The notes beneath the pieces are model-generated. The model did no database searches. It was not told the DNA's origin and worked only from the letters and a program-made list of their open reading frames with translations. This document shows, piece after piece, positions 25,444 to 39,026 of a stretch of 64,000 nucleotides of DNA. The stretch's first letter is position 1; every line of letters starts with the position of its first letter. The stretch is from positions 131,442,001-131,506,000 of the forward strand of contig NC_058368.1 in the NCBI RefSeq assembly GCF_018350175.1, written 5' to 3'. The position numbers and the translations under genes were made by a program. The stretch comes from Felis catus (Eukaryota).

Positions 25444-26795
25444 GACCATTACTTTTAATTCTTAATCAGAAGTACTGCTTATCTCTGATTAATTTAGCTC
25501 TTTTACTGTGATTTTATTTATTGTTCTTTCATTTGGGATATATTCTTCTGTCTCCTTTTGTCTCACTCTCTATGTTTGTTTCTGTGTATTAGGTAGTTCA
25601 CCTGTCTCATGATATGGAAAGTAGTGGCCTTGTGTGGAAGAGGTTCCATGATGCCCTATAATGCAATTCCCCCTGGTCACCACAGCCAGGCACTCCAGGA
25701 GTGTCTATTGTGTGGGCTGCATATGTCTGAGCCTTGATTATCTTCAGCCAGCCGCAACGACCAGCTTTGCTTGCTGTAGGCACACTGGGCAGGGTTTGCT
25801 CCTTGAGTGGTTGAGAGGCCCATGTGCCGAACAGGGAGCTTATTGGGAGGTCGGTTAGCACACAGCCTAGCCATCTACGGTTAGCCTCTCTGCCATAGCT
25901 GCAGGCCTACTGGAGGGCAGGGTTTGTTCCCTGTAGAGCCAGCTAAGAGGCCCAGTGGCAGACAGTGCAGGCATAGTGGCGTATGGGGTTATCTCCCTCC
26001 CTTTCCAGGGCAGGATGCCTTTCGGAGTGGCACCATTTTGGCAGGGGCCGCCTGCAGGATGTGTTAGGGCTGGAGCTGCTTTGGGCGAATGCCTGCCAAG
26101 GCAGATGAGTTGGATTGGACAGGTTGGCAGGGGAACGCTACGTCAGGGCACACAGTGCCATCAAGGTAGTTCAAGAATATAACCACTGGTGTTCCACCTA
26201 TCTAGGCTGGTGGAGAGGAAGAGAAATGGTGACCACCAGTACTTCTGTTCCCTGACAAATCTACAGATCCCTGCCCCTCTGGCACACATTCTAAGATTAG
26301 TCAATAAAACTTCTTCATGTATACCCCAAGCACTTTTCAAACTGCTGCTTCTGTGCTGTGTCTCAGGGTAAATGATTTAGTTTGCTGGCCCTTTAAGGGT
26401 GGGGACTCAGTTTTCTATCACCCTCTGGCTCTCTGGGAGAGTTAAGCCCACACTGATTTTTAAAGCTGCCATATTTAAGCCCTGCTAGTTTTTAAAACTA
26501 AACATTATAGGGAGTCATCTTCCCAGTGCAGGACCCCAGTGCCTAGGTTGCCTGGCATGGGGTCTGATCCTCTTATTTCTCTATGCTTGTGATGTCCCTT
26601 CCATGTGTGGCTGGTCATGCAGGGACTTTAGTTCCCAACAATGTCCCCCCCTCCTATCCTTTTCAGTGTGACCATCTTTCTAGGTTTAGTTCTGGAAGGT
26701 CTATTCTGCTAGTCCTCAGGTTGTTTTCAGGGTTAGCTGCACAGATGCAGTTGTTATCTCATTATGTCCATGGAACAAGGTGAGCTCAGGATTCT

Positions 26796-26996
26796 TTTTT
26801 TTTTTTTTTTTTTTGAAAGACAGAGAGCACTAGTGGGGGAGGGGCAAAGAGAGAGAAGGAGACCCTGAATCTGAAGCAGGCTCCAGCCTCTGAGGTGTCA
26901 GCACAGAGCCTGATGCAGGGCTTGAACCCATAAACCGTGAGATCATGACCTGAGCTGAAGCTGGACGCTTAACCAACTGAGCCACGCAGGCACCCC
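26796..26996 (-). mobile_element. Can-SINE inserted in the L1 5' end
   Basis: Perfect 15-bp TSD tgagctcaggattct at 26781-26795 and 26997-27011. Confidence 0.96.
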
Positions 26997-27034
26997 TGAG
27001 CTCAGGATTCTTTCTCCACCATTTTTCCAAAACC

Positions 27035-29830
27035 TCAATACTGTACTGTGTTAGTTACTAAAGCTTTATAGTAAGTCCTGATGTCCCCTTTCAAACTTGT
27101 TATGCTGGAAGAGTGTCTTGTTTTTTGTGTGGGCTTTTTGTGGGGTTTTGTTTTGTCTTGTTTTTTGGGTTTTTTTGTTTTTTGGTTTGTTTGGTTGTTT
27201 TTTTTTTTTTTTTTGGCTCTTTGAATTTTAGAATTATCTTGCCAAGTTCTATGTAAAATTACATTGGATTGAAGGAGAGATGTCTTATTCAATGTATGGG
27301 TCAATTTGTAAAGAATTGACATCTTATAGCAATAAACAGCTCTCCCTGTCTACCAACTAGTTTGTGATCTTCTTTTATTTAGATCTTCTAAATCTTGAAT
27401 ACCACATGATAAAACTTTATAATTTTCTTTACAAATGTCTTAGACATCTTTTGGTTAGATTTATTTCTATGTACTTGCTGTGTTGTTGTCTTCTCCTTTT
27501 CTGAACCTTGAGTGCAGAGTTGGACCAGTTGTACTTCTTAATTAACAGCATACCGTCATCATTAGACCACATTCATTGGTTTCCTTTTATCCCCATATTC
27601 TACTTCCCATTAAGTTTGGTTTACCTTTTTGTTTGTATTCTTATATAATGTTATGTTATTTTTGTTCATATATTTTAATTAATGGAGATGGTATTATATA
27701 TTGCATTCTATTTTCTTTTTTTATACCAAGCTTTTAGACCCATCCCCGTGGCTATGTGTACCTCTAATCCATGGGTTCTAATTCATGCTCTCCTAAGGTG
27801 TGTGTCTACATTTTATCTATTCACTGACTGGAATACAGAATACTTTCTACTCCCTGCCACTGCATATAACTTTAATGAATATCCTAATGTGAACCATGTG
27901 AATATTTATTTAGTATGTAGAATTAGGAGCAGAATATCTGCATCATAGAATATAAATACACCTAACTAGAGTAAATAGTGCCAACAGTTCTCCCAAGTGA
28001 CCAACATAGATATCTGTTAACAGTGTGTGAGGGTCGGGAAAAATTAGAACTCTGGAAAATGACAAATGTTAGCAGAGTAAAACTTAGGAACCCTCATTAT
28101 TTTAATTTTTGTTTATCTGATCTCTGATAAGTTGAAATCACTTCAAATGCTTGTTAGTCTTTTGGATGCTTGTTTTTAAAATGCTTTGCTCATTTTTTCA
28201 AGGGGGTTTTTGCCTTTATCATTTTTCCCAAATTTCTTGCATATTCTAGGTATTAATCCCTGATCAACTTTAGACATTACAGATTTTTATCCCATTTTAT
28301 TATCTGTGTATTATTTATGTTGTCCTTTATTGAAAGAAATACTTTGATGCAATTAAAACCACCCTACTTTTGTCTTACTGTGTTTTGAAGTTCCCACATC
28401 ACAAATGTTTCCTCTTAAGGTTTTTTTTTTTTTATATATATATATTAACTTTATAGTTTTACCTCCTCATTTAGGTCTTTATATAGAATCCACCTCTTAC
28501 ATTGTGTTACAGAGTGTTCTATCTTTCTTTAAATAATATCTCACTTTTCTGAATATTACACAGTGGTGCTGGGTTTTTAAAAATTATTCCATAATTATTG
28601 TTGTATAAAAATGCAATTGTGTGGGATATTGACTTCATATTTAACAACCTTCCTAAATTATGTTCACTCTCATTACAGGGTTTGGAGAGCTTTCAGTGAA
28701 GACAATCATATCTGTCTTATCTGTAAATAAAGACAATTTTGTATCTTTCAGTCTAATACACTTTTTTCTCTTTTATCTTTCCATACTTTCTGAGCTAGGA
28801 CCTCTGTTTGGTTTTTAATAGGAAAAGTGATAGCAGCATTTCTGATGTTAAAATATGCACTTTTAATATTTACCAGTAAATAGAATGTTGCTCTTTGTTT
28901 TTGGTGGATATTCTATATTAGGTTTTAAGAAATTTACCATCTGTTCCGAATTTGCTAATAATTTTGTCTTGAATAGATTTTTAATTTTGTGATTTTTTCA
29001 GCATTTCTTGAAATGATTATAATGGCTTCACTTCATCAATCTGTTAGTGCATTGGATTACATTAATAGATTTTAATAGGTTTTCTAATGTGAAGCTGCTG
29101 GTGTATTCCTGGGGTAACGCAATATGATCATTTTTGTGCACTGCTAGACTTGGTTTGCTAAGATTTTGGCCTGAGATTTTTACATCTATATTTATGAGTA
29201 AGATTGTCTCTGTTTCCATTTTCAAAATATGTTTGTCAGGGCGCCTGGTTGGCTCAGTCGGTTAAGCGTCCGACTTCAGCTCACGTCATGATCTCACGGT
29301 TTGTGTGTTGGAGTCTCACATCTGGCTCTGTGCAGACAGGGTGCAGCCTGCTTGGGATTCTGTCTCTCTTCCTTTCTCTCTCTCTGCCCCTCCCCCACTT
29401 GTACTCTGTCTTTCTCTCTCTCAAAAATAAATATTGAAAAAAGTTTGTCAATTTCTTCTTGAGTCATTTTATGTAATTTATCTTTTTGACAGAAATTTGT
29501 CCATTTTTTGTTTTAACATTTGTTAACAAAAAGTTATTTATATCTTTTCATCTCTCCTATATCTAAAGTTGTTTTCTTTGTATTATTATTATTTGCTCAT
29601 GCCCTGGGTTTTTTTTTTCTTTTTTTTTTTTTTCCCAATCTTGCCAGATAATTTTCAAATTTTATTATTCTTTTTAAACAACAAATTTTAAAAATTGACT
29701 CTATTGTATCTTTACTTTCCCCTTCATTAATCTTTGCTCTTTATTACATCCTTATTGCTGCTCTCTTTGGATTTATTCTATCCTTTTTATGACATATTAA
29801 GGTGGCTTTTTAGGTCATTAATTTGTATCC
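27035..29830 (-). mobile_element. Ancient L1 (L1ME-like) ORF2 fragments
   Basis: The ORF at 29028-29225 (LINIDVKI...NVIQCTNR) is a degenerate RT segment; the ORF at 27035-27322 ends in YYKALVTNTVQY, like L1 YYKATVTKTAWY. Confidence 0.65.
29239..29441 (+). mobile_element. Can-SINE
   Basis: gggcgcctggttggctcagtcggttaagcgtccgact head; TSD-like aa..gtttgtca. Confidence 0.94.
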
Positions 29831-29841
29831 TTTTTACTTTA

Positions 29842-29860
29842 AAATTTTTTTAATGTTTAT

Positions 29861-29908
<48 letters not shown>

Positions 29909-30062
29909 GCAGGAGGGGCAGAGAGGGAGGGAGACACATAACCCGAAGCAGGTTCCAGGCTCTGAGCTGTCAGCACACAGCCTGATGCAGGGCTTGAACC
30001 CACGAACCATGAGATCATGACTTGGGCTGAGTCAGATGCTTAAATCAACTGAGCCACCCACC
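29842..30062 (-). mobile_element. Can-SINE with expanded (GA)n
   Basis: SINE body; TSD tatcctttttacttt at 29826 and 30064. Confidence 0.94.
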
Positions 30063-30984
30063 TATCCTTTTTACTTTTTAAGAATTATTGTTTAAGGCCA
30101 CAAATTTCCTTCTCAGTGATCCTATACATTAGGATCATATTTGAAAATTGGGGTCTGTGATTCCCATAGTTATACCACCCTCCTCAATGTACCATGCCAT
30201 CCTTGCCATGTTAATGGTTTCCCTAAGACTCTTGAGCCTAGTTTTCTGAGATCAGTAAGAGGAAGTAAGGTGGGAGAGGGATCTTATGTGAAAGAATACA
30301 CATTCCCAAAGATGCCTCTGGATCCACAGAATTCGTGTTGTTTCCACAAAAATAAAACATTTTAACATAATTTTAGATTTACTAATCAATAAAGTTCATA
30401 TAAACTCTTACTGAATTCATTCAGCCATATCGTTAACTCACACTTAATAGAGTAGACCCATTCCTTTTTACCCTATCAAGTAGTGTCTTGGAAATATTGA
30501 TAAGTTAAGCTAACATGTTTTAAATGTTTTTTTTCTTACATGTCATATTTTATACATGTATACATAAAATGGGTAACGTGGAAAGGAATGGAAGTATTCT
30601 AGATAATATAAAGCTAGCACTTTATATCTGCTGTCAGGTACTGGTTGTAGTGATGACTGTCACTCATTGTTCTCTTAGCTGAAGTGTCTACCATTTGCAT
30701 GCATTGCATCCTCAGTTTATCTTATCCGGTTGGCATGATTTCCAGCCATGCCATGTTGCCTGGTTCCCTAAGAAACCACTTTTGCATAAATATACATGTA
30801 ATGCTAACTAGCTAAGAGGTTTTACCAAGATCTTTTGCCAAAAAACAAAATTTCCACGCTCATTTTTTTCTTGGTATACTCAAGTCAAAGAAATGGAAAA
30901 AAAAAAAAAAGTCATGAGATAAAACTCTATGTCTTAATCTCTCTGGCAGTAATAAAAACATGGAGCTGAAATTCAGGTGTCTGA

Positions 30985-31074
30985 GATCTCTTTATGACAA
31001 ATTCATCCATTTCTTGTAAAAGCCTGGGGATCTATTTATGACAAATTCATCCATTTCTTGTAAAAGCCTGGGGA
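30985..31074. repeat. 44-bp tandem duplication (2 copies)
   Basis: gatct(c/a)tttatgacaaattcatccatttcttgtaaaagcctgggga occurs twice; the 40-nt core is identical at 30991-31030 and 31035-31074. Confidence 0.95.
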
Positions 31075-34045
31075 ATTGTTTTATTTGGTCATAATTTTAT
31101 CCGATGGTGTTAGAATAATTCTGCAAGTCTACACATGCTCAATATAAATGAAGGAATATCCACATGGAAAAGAATGCTTATCTCTAATAGAAAACAAAAC
31201 AATACATGCTCCAGCAGCAGGAGTTTGAATATAACCCAGAAATCTTCTTTCTCAGAAAGTTGGAGTTAAGTCAGAGAAATTTTAAAATAGGCTACAGACT
31301 TGGTGCTGCCTTTTAGCAGAAAGTGCACTAACCTTTACATTTCCTCTGAAACTGGAATAATTTTATTCACAAGGTAATTTTTTGAAAGATCTTACATCCA
31401 AAGTATCTTTTCCTTTCTGTTTATTTTCCAGTGGCAGAATCAGACCCTGTTTTTGCTGTAGATTTACTTACGAGTTTAAAATTTATTTCAGAAGCCAGCA
31501 AAGTGTCAAAGCCTGACAGTATCGTAAACTACTTTAAAAATAACTAGCTATATACATTCCCATTAAAATGTAAATTATAGATTATAAGGAGTTAGAGAGG
31601 ATACATAATGTAACTGCTCCAGCCAGTACAAAATGACCTCAACAGTCACACTCAGAGATGACTTCTGTACTTTGCTTCTCATAGGCAGTGATAGGGAGCT
31701 CACTACCTGTCAAAGGAAGTTTGTACATTTTACCAACTCTATCAGACAAATCCCTTTGTTGAATAAAATCTGCTTTCTCACAGTTTTCTTTTATTGGTTC
31801 AGGTCTGTCTTAATCTTTCTTCATGGAACTGTTCTTTAACTATACAAAGACACATTTGATGTTGTTTGCTAGTCTTCATTCCACACATGAAATATTCACA
31901 TTCCTTCAACTTCCTCATGGAACCTGGTTTCTAGGTCCTAGTTGCTTGTTTCAGAGATAGTAACAGAACTGGAAACTATGCCCTTTGGAAACTAGATACT
32001 AATAAAATAAACTGAGGATGAAGTATCTAGAGGTAGTAGTGTTTTCAGGGGAAGGAACTAAGATCGATAGAATCACAAGTAAAACTACTACTTGATAAGA
32101 GATGTAAAGTGCTCACTCATGATTATTTAGAATATTTCCATCCTTTTCACGTGGCCCAGTATTATTCTGCTGTTGGGTTAATGAATCCATGGTCTCTATG
32201 TAAGGCAAAATAGTTCACTTTGGCATTGAAATCAAAATTAGAACATCTTTTACTTCTATATTAAATTAACAATCCAAATTAATTAAAATACAAATTGTAC
32301 ATTTTGTTCAAACATCACCATTTCATAGTTCTTATTTTGAAAACTACCAGCACTTTCATTCTCTCACTCTGTCTCACCTCTCTCACATGCACACACACAA
32401 ATTTCATCCTGTTCATCATTTTGCATATACAGAACTTGCTTTAATTCCCTGTGAAGTTGGATGTTGGCAGACAATACTACCTTCATTTACAAACACTTGG
32501 ATATATAACATTAATGTATACATATTCACAAACAGTTAAAACCTACCCCCAAAGATCACAGGACATCTGAAATTAGCACTAGAGACAAATGGTGGTTGCT
32601 GCACCTAACCTTGGCCCTGATCTGACAATTTTAAATGCTTTCCCTAATACCAATGCATTCCATAACTACCATGCAGAATATATGACAAGAAGTTAAACTG
32701 CTGAAACATGAAGTAAGATGGTTCTGGTACTGGATGGACACTAGATTTTTTGAACCTCTGATTAAGCTAGAGAGGAAGTAAAGGAACTTAGCACAGCCAA
32801 ATTCAAACTGGATTGTCAATGTCCAATAAATGGTGTTATTTAATTATAAAAAAAGATTTCAGCAATGTGAAGTGTTACAGTGTTTGACCACTGGATGACT
32901 GCTTTGTTGGGGCAATGGGCAATATATGTATTGACTGTGAATCATCCTGGGAATCTGTGGTCGATTTTGGAATAAAAAATGAAGATTAAGGAGGTGGACC
33001 TTAAGAGTGGTAATGGAAAACTTAATCCATCACTGAGATACCTAGTGATCACTTTAGCCTATCCTATGATCACCGTGTGTGGCATAGTCTTATGAGTGAC
33101 GACAGAGGTAGGCAGAGAACTTAAAGGTACTCTGAGGATGATTCTGGGTCAGTGCAGTGGCTGCAGGTTATTGTTTGTGTTTTATTACACCTTTTATCCC
33201 AAATGATCAGAAAGTGTGAAAAATCTTAGTAAACCTCTACTGTTTTATAGACCTGTCACATATTTGAGATACAGTGACAAAAGGGGATGCAGGGTTATTC
33301 TCTCTTGGTTCAGCACTGGAAGAATAGCAATCTCATTTGATCATAAGCAAAAAAATGGATGTGACAGATGAGAAGACCAGATTAGAGGGGTATGTGGGAC
33401 CAGATTCAGACCACAACAATGAGAAAACAGCCGTAGAACCCTGAAAAATAGCAGGAATAGATACAAGTCAAGTTTATTATTTCTGGTAATAACAGCAGTG
33501 GAGATTTCTTCTTCTAGGATACAGAAGATATAAGAAGGTATAGTAAAAAATAATAAATGATGGGAAGAATCAGCTTCACTGACAGCATCTTGGGGGGGAG
33601 GAATGATAAATTACAAAAATCATATTAATAAATCAGAGAGCTATGGAATTTAAGAAAGCAAACAGAATTAAAATTCCACTGTGGACAAAGTCCCCCAAGA
33701 AAGCTAATATTGCCAGCTATTTGCATGACTGGGAATATTTCCTAAGTCTGGGAATTACCTCAGCATCAGTCTTGCCATAGGCAGAGGAGGACTCTACTAG
33801 GAGTAAGAGAAATGAGCAGAGGTTTTGATAACCATATGGACTGACATGTCAGAATGGAAGAAGAGTCCAACATATGGCCAGTTTTCCCCATGATCCATTT
33901 GCTAAGAGCTGTGGCAGTACTAGAGACAAAGTCGTTGGCCCCAAAAAGCAATTTCCTGCAGTTTTAGAGTTTAACAATCGAGTCATAATATAGAAAGGGA
34001 TCTGCAACAAATCCATAATAAGAATTCTCTTTAAGACATTTCCCT

Positions 34046-34115
34046 TATTGTATTGTATTGTATTGTATTGTATTGTATTGTATTGTATTGTATTGTATTG
34101 TATTGTATTGTATTG
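34046..34115. repeat. (TATTG)14 pentanucleotide microsatellite at an L1 tail
   Basis: Direct count of 14 perfect units. Confidence 0.95.
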
Positions 34116-37100
34116 ATTTTATTTTAGTTGTAATTCCAGCCTAGTTAACGTAAGTGTTATATTAGTTTCAGGTGCACAGTATAGTAATTCTTCAGTACCG
34201 TACAGTGCTCGTCACAATACATGCCCTACTCTTGATCCCCTTTACCTATTTCATCCACCCCCTTCTACCTCCCCTCTGGTAACCGTCAGTTCCTCATAGT
34301 TTGGAGTCTGGGTTTTTTCGCTTGTCTTTTTTTTCTTTGTTCATTCTTCTTTCTTAAATTCCACATGAGTGAAATCATATGGTATTTGTCTTTCTCTGAC
34401 TGACTTGTTTCACTGAGCATTATACTCTCTAGCTCTTTGCACATTATTGTAAATGGCAAGATTTCATTCCCTTTAATGGCTGAGTAATATTCCACTGTAT
34501 ATGTATACTGCATCTTTATCCATTCATCTTTCCATAGACACTTGAGTTGCTTCCATAATTAAGATATTGTAAATAATTCTGCAGTAAGTATACAGATGCA
34601 TATATATTTTTTCAAATGAGTGTTTTTATATTCTTTGGGTAAATACCTGGTAGTGGAATTACTGGATCAAATTGTAATCCTAGTTTTAAATTTTTGAAGA
34701 ACCTCCATACTGTGTTCCACAGTGTCTGCACCAAATTTGCATTTCCACCAACAGTGCACACGGGTTCCTTTTTCTCCACATTCTTGCCAGCACTTGTTGT
34801 TGCTTTGTTTTTTTATTTTAGCCATTCTGAGAAGTGTGAGGTGGTATCTCCTTGTGGTTTTGATTTGCATTTCCCTAATGATGAGTGATGTTAAGCATCT
34901 CTTCATGTATCTTTTAGCCATCTGTATGTCTTCTATGAAGAAATGTCTCTTCATGATTTCTGCCCATTTTTAAATTAGATTGTTTGGTCTGGGGATGTTG
35001 AGTTGTATCAGTTTTTTTATATATTTTGGATACTAATCCTTTATCAGATATGTCATTTGCATAGAGGTTATCCCATTCAGTAGGTTTTCTTTTAGTTTTG
35101 TTGACAGTTTGCTTTCTGTGCAGAAGCTTTTTATTTTGATGTAATCCCAATAGTGTATTTTGCTTTTGTTTCCCTTGCCTCAGGAGACATATTCAGAAAA
35201 ATGTTGCTATGGCCAATGACAGAGAAATTACTGCCTGTGCTCTTTTATAGCATTTTTATGGATTGAGGTCTCACATTTAGGTCTTCAATCCATTTGGAAT
35301 TTGTTTTTGGGTATGATGTAAGAAAGTGGTCCAGTTTCATTCTTTTGGATATAGTTGTCCATTTTTCCCAATACCATTTGTTGAAGAGATGGTCTTTTTC
35401 CCATTCCAAGTACTATGATGAATAAAAGTGTTTGGAGTGGAAATCCTTGTCTTGCTCCTGATTGTAAGAGAAAAGTTCTCAGTTTTTACCATTGAGTATG
35501 ATGTTAGCTGTGGGTTTTTCATATATGGCCTTTATTAGGATGAGGTATGTTCCCTCAAAACCTACTTTGTTAAGGTTTTTTATCATGAATGGATGTTGTA
35601 ATTTGTCAGATCCTTTTTCTGCATCTGTTAAACTGATCATATGGTTTGTATCCTCTGTACTATTTTTGAGGTAGACCTGTATTGCTATAAACATCTCTCT
35701 TAGGACACCATTTGCTGAAACCCAAAGACTTTGGACCACTGTGTTTTCATTTTGATTTGTCTCCATATATATGTCTGTTACTCTCTTCTCTCATGGTTTG
35801 TGGGCTTTCCTTAGTGAAATACCTGATTCCTTTTTATTTTTTGCATATCTGTTACTGGTTTTTCTTTTATGGTTACCATTAGGTTTGTATATAATATACA
35901 TATAGCAGTCAATATTAAGTTGATGGTCACTTAAGTTTGAACCCATTCTGACTTTTCTCCCACGTTCTAGGTATATAGTGTCATACTTTACATCTTTTTA
36001 TTTTGTGAATTCCTTGACTGATTTTTGTAAGTACCCCTAATTTTACGGTTTTTCTTCCTCGTACCCTTCTTATTCCTTCTTATGGTCTTTCCTCTCTACT
36101 CAAAGAATCCCCTTTAATAGTTCTTGTAGGGCTGATTTAGTGGTGGTGAATTGTCTTAACTTTTGTTTGGGAAATTCTTTCTCTCACCTCCTATTCTGAA
36201 TTATAGTCTTGGTAGATAGAATATTCTTGGTTTCAGGGTTTTTTTCTTGCAGCATTCTGAATATATCATGTCATTCCCTTCTGACCTGCAGAGTTCTTGC
36301 TGAAAAAGTCACTAGTTGTCTCTTGTTCTTTTTAAAAATCTCTTTATCACTACTTTTTGCCATTTCAATTACTATATGTCTTGGTGTGGAACTCCTTGGG
36401 TTGATTTTGTTGAGAGCGCTCTGTGCCTGTGGGATCTGGATTTATGTTCTTTCTCCAGATTTGACATGTTTTTACCTATTATTTCTTCAAATAAGTTTTC
36501 TGACCCCTTTTCTCTCTCTTCTCCTCGAGAAATCTCTATAGAATGTGAATGTTATTATGCTTGATAGTTTCACTGAGTTCCTTAACTTACTGTTTTTTTT
36601 TTCTCTCACCTGTCAGCTTGATTGCTTTCCTTTACTGTCTTCTCCAGGTCACTTAGCCATTCTTTGGTTCCTCTAATCTATTTATTCCATCCAGTGTATT
36701 TTAAATTTCAGTTATTGAGTTCTCATCTCTAGTTCTTTTTTATGTCTTCTATGTCTTTATTATGTCTTCTATCTCATTGATATCCTCCACATTTTTCTCA
36801 AGTCCAAGTATCTTACTGACAACTGTTTTAAATTCCCAGTTGAGTATATTACTTATCACTGTTTTATTTAGCTCTGTTGCTATGGTTTTATCCTGTTCTC
36901 TCATCTGAGATACATTCCTCTGTCTTCTTATTTGTCTAATTCTCTGTATGTGTGTTCTGTGTGTTAGGAAAGTCCGCTACATCTCTTGCTGTTGAAAGTA
37001 TTGAGCTTATGAAGAAGAGGTCCTGGAGTGCCCTGCTGTGCCATGTGCCCTGTTCACCACAACCTGGTGCTTCAAGGGTGTCTCCTGTCTGTGTTCTGTG

Positions 37101-38441
37101 TGTCCTAGTATTGTGGCTTTGGTCTGCAATGGCTCTCTATGCCTGTTGTGGGCAGTGTCTGGTCCCTGTGTTGTTAGTGGGACTGTCTTGGGCCACACTG
37201 GGCTTGGGTTGCGTCAGCCCAGGCATTTGTCAGAGAGCTGGTAGCAACTAACTACAGAGTGCTTTCCCTGTGTTGGTGGGGCCTGCAGTCTGACCAGATG
37301 TCCCCAGCCTTCTGCTGGGGCCGCAGTTAAACTGGTGCATGTGCCTGTCTCCCCCACTCCCCGAGGCAGGAGTCACTTTGGAGCGGTGCTGGCTTCTGTC
37401 AGAGCTACTGGCACACTGCCAGGTTTGTAGCACTGCTTTGGGTGGGCTCTGGCCAAGGAAGTATTGAAGGGGTCAGGTCCACAGGAGACCATAAGGATAG
37501 GGCCTGTGGTGTTAGCAGGGTTTGTGTGGGTCTGCTGTGGGAGGGGACTTGGAGTAGCTTTAGTAGACTCCTAAAGTGGCAAGGCGGGAGGGGGCGAGTG
37601 TGCAGGAGAGTGTGGGGGCAGGGCACACATTGCCAACAGGGTCCACTAGGAGAGGGCACCTGCAGCTGCACAGATCTCCTGCTGAGGCCACCTGGGTTGG
37701 AGGGGTAGATCTGCAGACATGCACAGGGGCAGTCCACTCTGGTAGTTAGTAAGCTACGTGGACAGTGTTTGCACTGTGCCAGTTCCCGCAGGTGTCAGTG
37801 TATCGAGGCTGCAGGGAGGTAAAGAGCACCCGCCAGGTCTTTTGTTGTTGGAGAAGTCTCCCAAAGATCCCTGCCCCTTCCATACATGCTCTGAGGTTAG
37901 TAAACACACCTCCCTCCCATATAGCCCATGGGTTTTCAAAACTGCTGCTTCTATGCTGTATCTCAGTGGGGCTGTTTGTTTTGCTGTCTCTTTAGGAGTG
38001 AGGACTCCTTTTCCTCTACCCCTCCCAGCTCTCCAAGAGCTGAGCCCACTGATTTTTAAAGTCCCAGGACTTAAGCCCCAATGATTGTAAGAACTCATGA
38101 AATTATGCCCCTCTGGCTTTCAGATGCAGATGTTGGGGAGATTTGCCTTCCTCATGCAAGTTCCCTGTATCTGGGGTGTCTGGTGTGAAGGTCCGTTTCT
38201 TTCCCCACTCTGGACCTGCAGCATCCCACCCTCCCACAGATAGTCCCACAGGTCTGTTTAGCTTTCCCCCATACCTCCACCTTTCCTACCCTCTTTGATG
38301 TGGCCTCGTTTCTATGTTTAAATGTGGAGAGTCTCTTCTGCCATTTTCTGGATTATTTACCCTGAGGTGTTATTTTTAGTTGTATTTGTGCGATGAGGTG
38401 AGCTTAGGCTCCTCCTACTCCACCATCTTCCCCAGAAGTCT
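34050..38441 (-). mobile_element. Carnivore L1 with both ends and multiple internal ORF2 deletions (about 4.4 kb)
   Basis: 15-bp TSD gaca(t/c)ttcccttatt at 34035-34049 and 38442-38456; ORF2 C-terminal peptides (34667-34954), RT fragment (35479-35766), ORF1 remnant and 5' UTR ending near a YY1-like aagatggtg. Confidence 0.9.
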
Positions 38442-38879
38442 GACACTTCCCTTATTTTAAACATTTTAGGGAAAAAGTCTAAAGAGTTCCATTTACAACC
38501 TCTGAAAAGCAGACCTTTCAGGTTAGCAGAGATGGAGACCTACTGAACTCAACTAAAATACCAGAGGACCATGCTTACGGAGGAGTGACCTGAAAAAAAA
38601 AAGTACAAATCTCCTGTAATCGTGGGGCTTAGGAGATAAAGTCCCATTAAAGGACTCAGCATGCAAAAAAAAAAGTAGGATAGGCCTTGCCCTTAAGCCA
38701 TTCGAAATCAGAGGGAGACTATATGTGAAAGCTGCAACCTAACTTCACCTCCACTCCAGCTTATTAGTATTGGGTTCCAGTGATCAGCCCCTCACCCTAT
38801 CTGCCTGACAAGAGAGTCAGGCATTCCTCTTGGGATGGAAACTCTATCTACTTCAGTCTCCATGAATCATTTATACAAA

Positions 38880-39025
38880 AAGAATTATGAAAAAAAAAGA
38901 AAAGAATTATGAGACATGCAAAGGTTAGGAAACTGTGACCAATGATCAAGAGAGGAAGCAAGAAAAAAGGAGTAGATCCCCAATGATCTAATGTTGGAAT
39001 TAGCAGACTAGGACTTTTAAACCAA
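38880..39025 (+). mobile_element. Ancient L1M ORF1-start fragment
   Basis: atgagacatgcaaag...aatgttggaattagcagactaggacttttaa resembles the ORF1 N-terminal region of old L1M. Confidence 0.5.
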
Positions 39026-39026
39026 T

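Larger units (their letters stand above)
23906..27030 (-). mobile_element. Carnivore L1 derivative: 5' UTR, ORF1 remnant and short 3' tail, with ORF2 absent
   Basis: ORF1 coiled-coil peptide LEAINSRLVNAEEWITNLED (24242-24484); GC-richer 5' UTR at 25600-27030 homologous to 36980-38440; L1 3' terminus at 23906-23980. Confidence 0.8.

Noticed and set aside
30985..31074. CRISPR-like repeat
   Set aside because: Only two adjacent copies with no spacer, in mammalian DNA; a simple tandem duplication.
36950..38100. Cluster of 60-115 aa ORFs on both strands (similar clusters at 25600-26800 and 50000-51160)
   Set aside because: They lie in GC-richer L1 5' UTRs where stop codons are rarer, and show no recognisable protein similarity.
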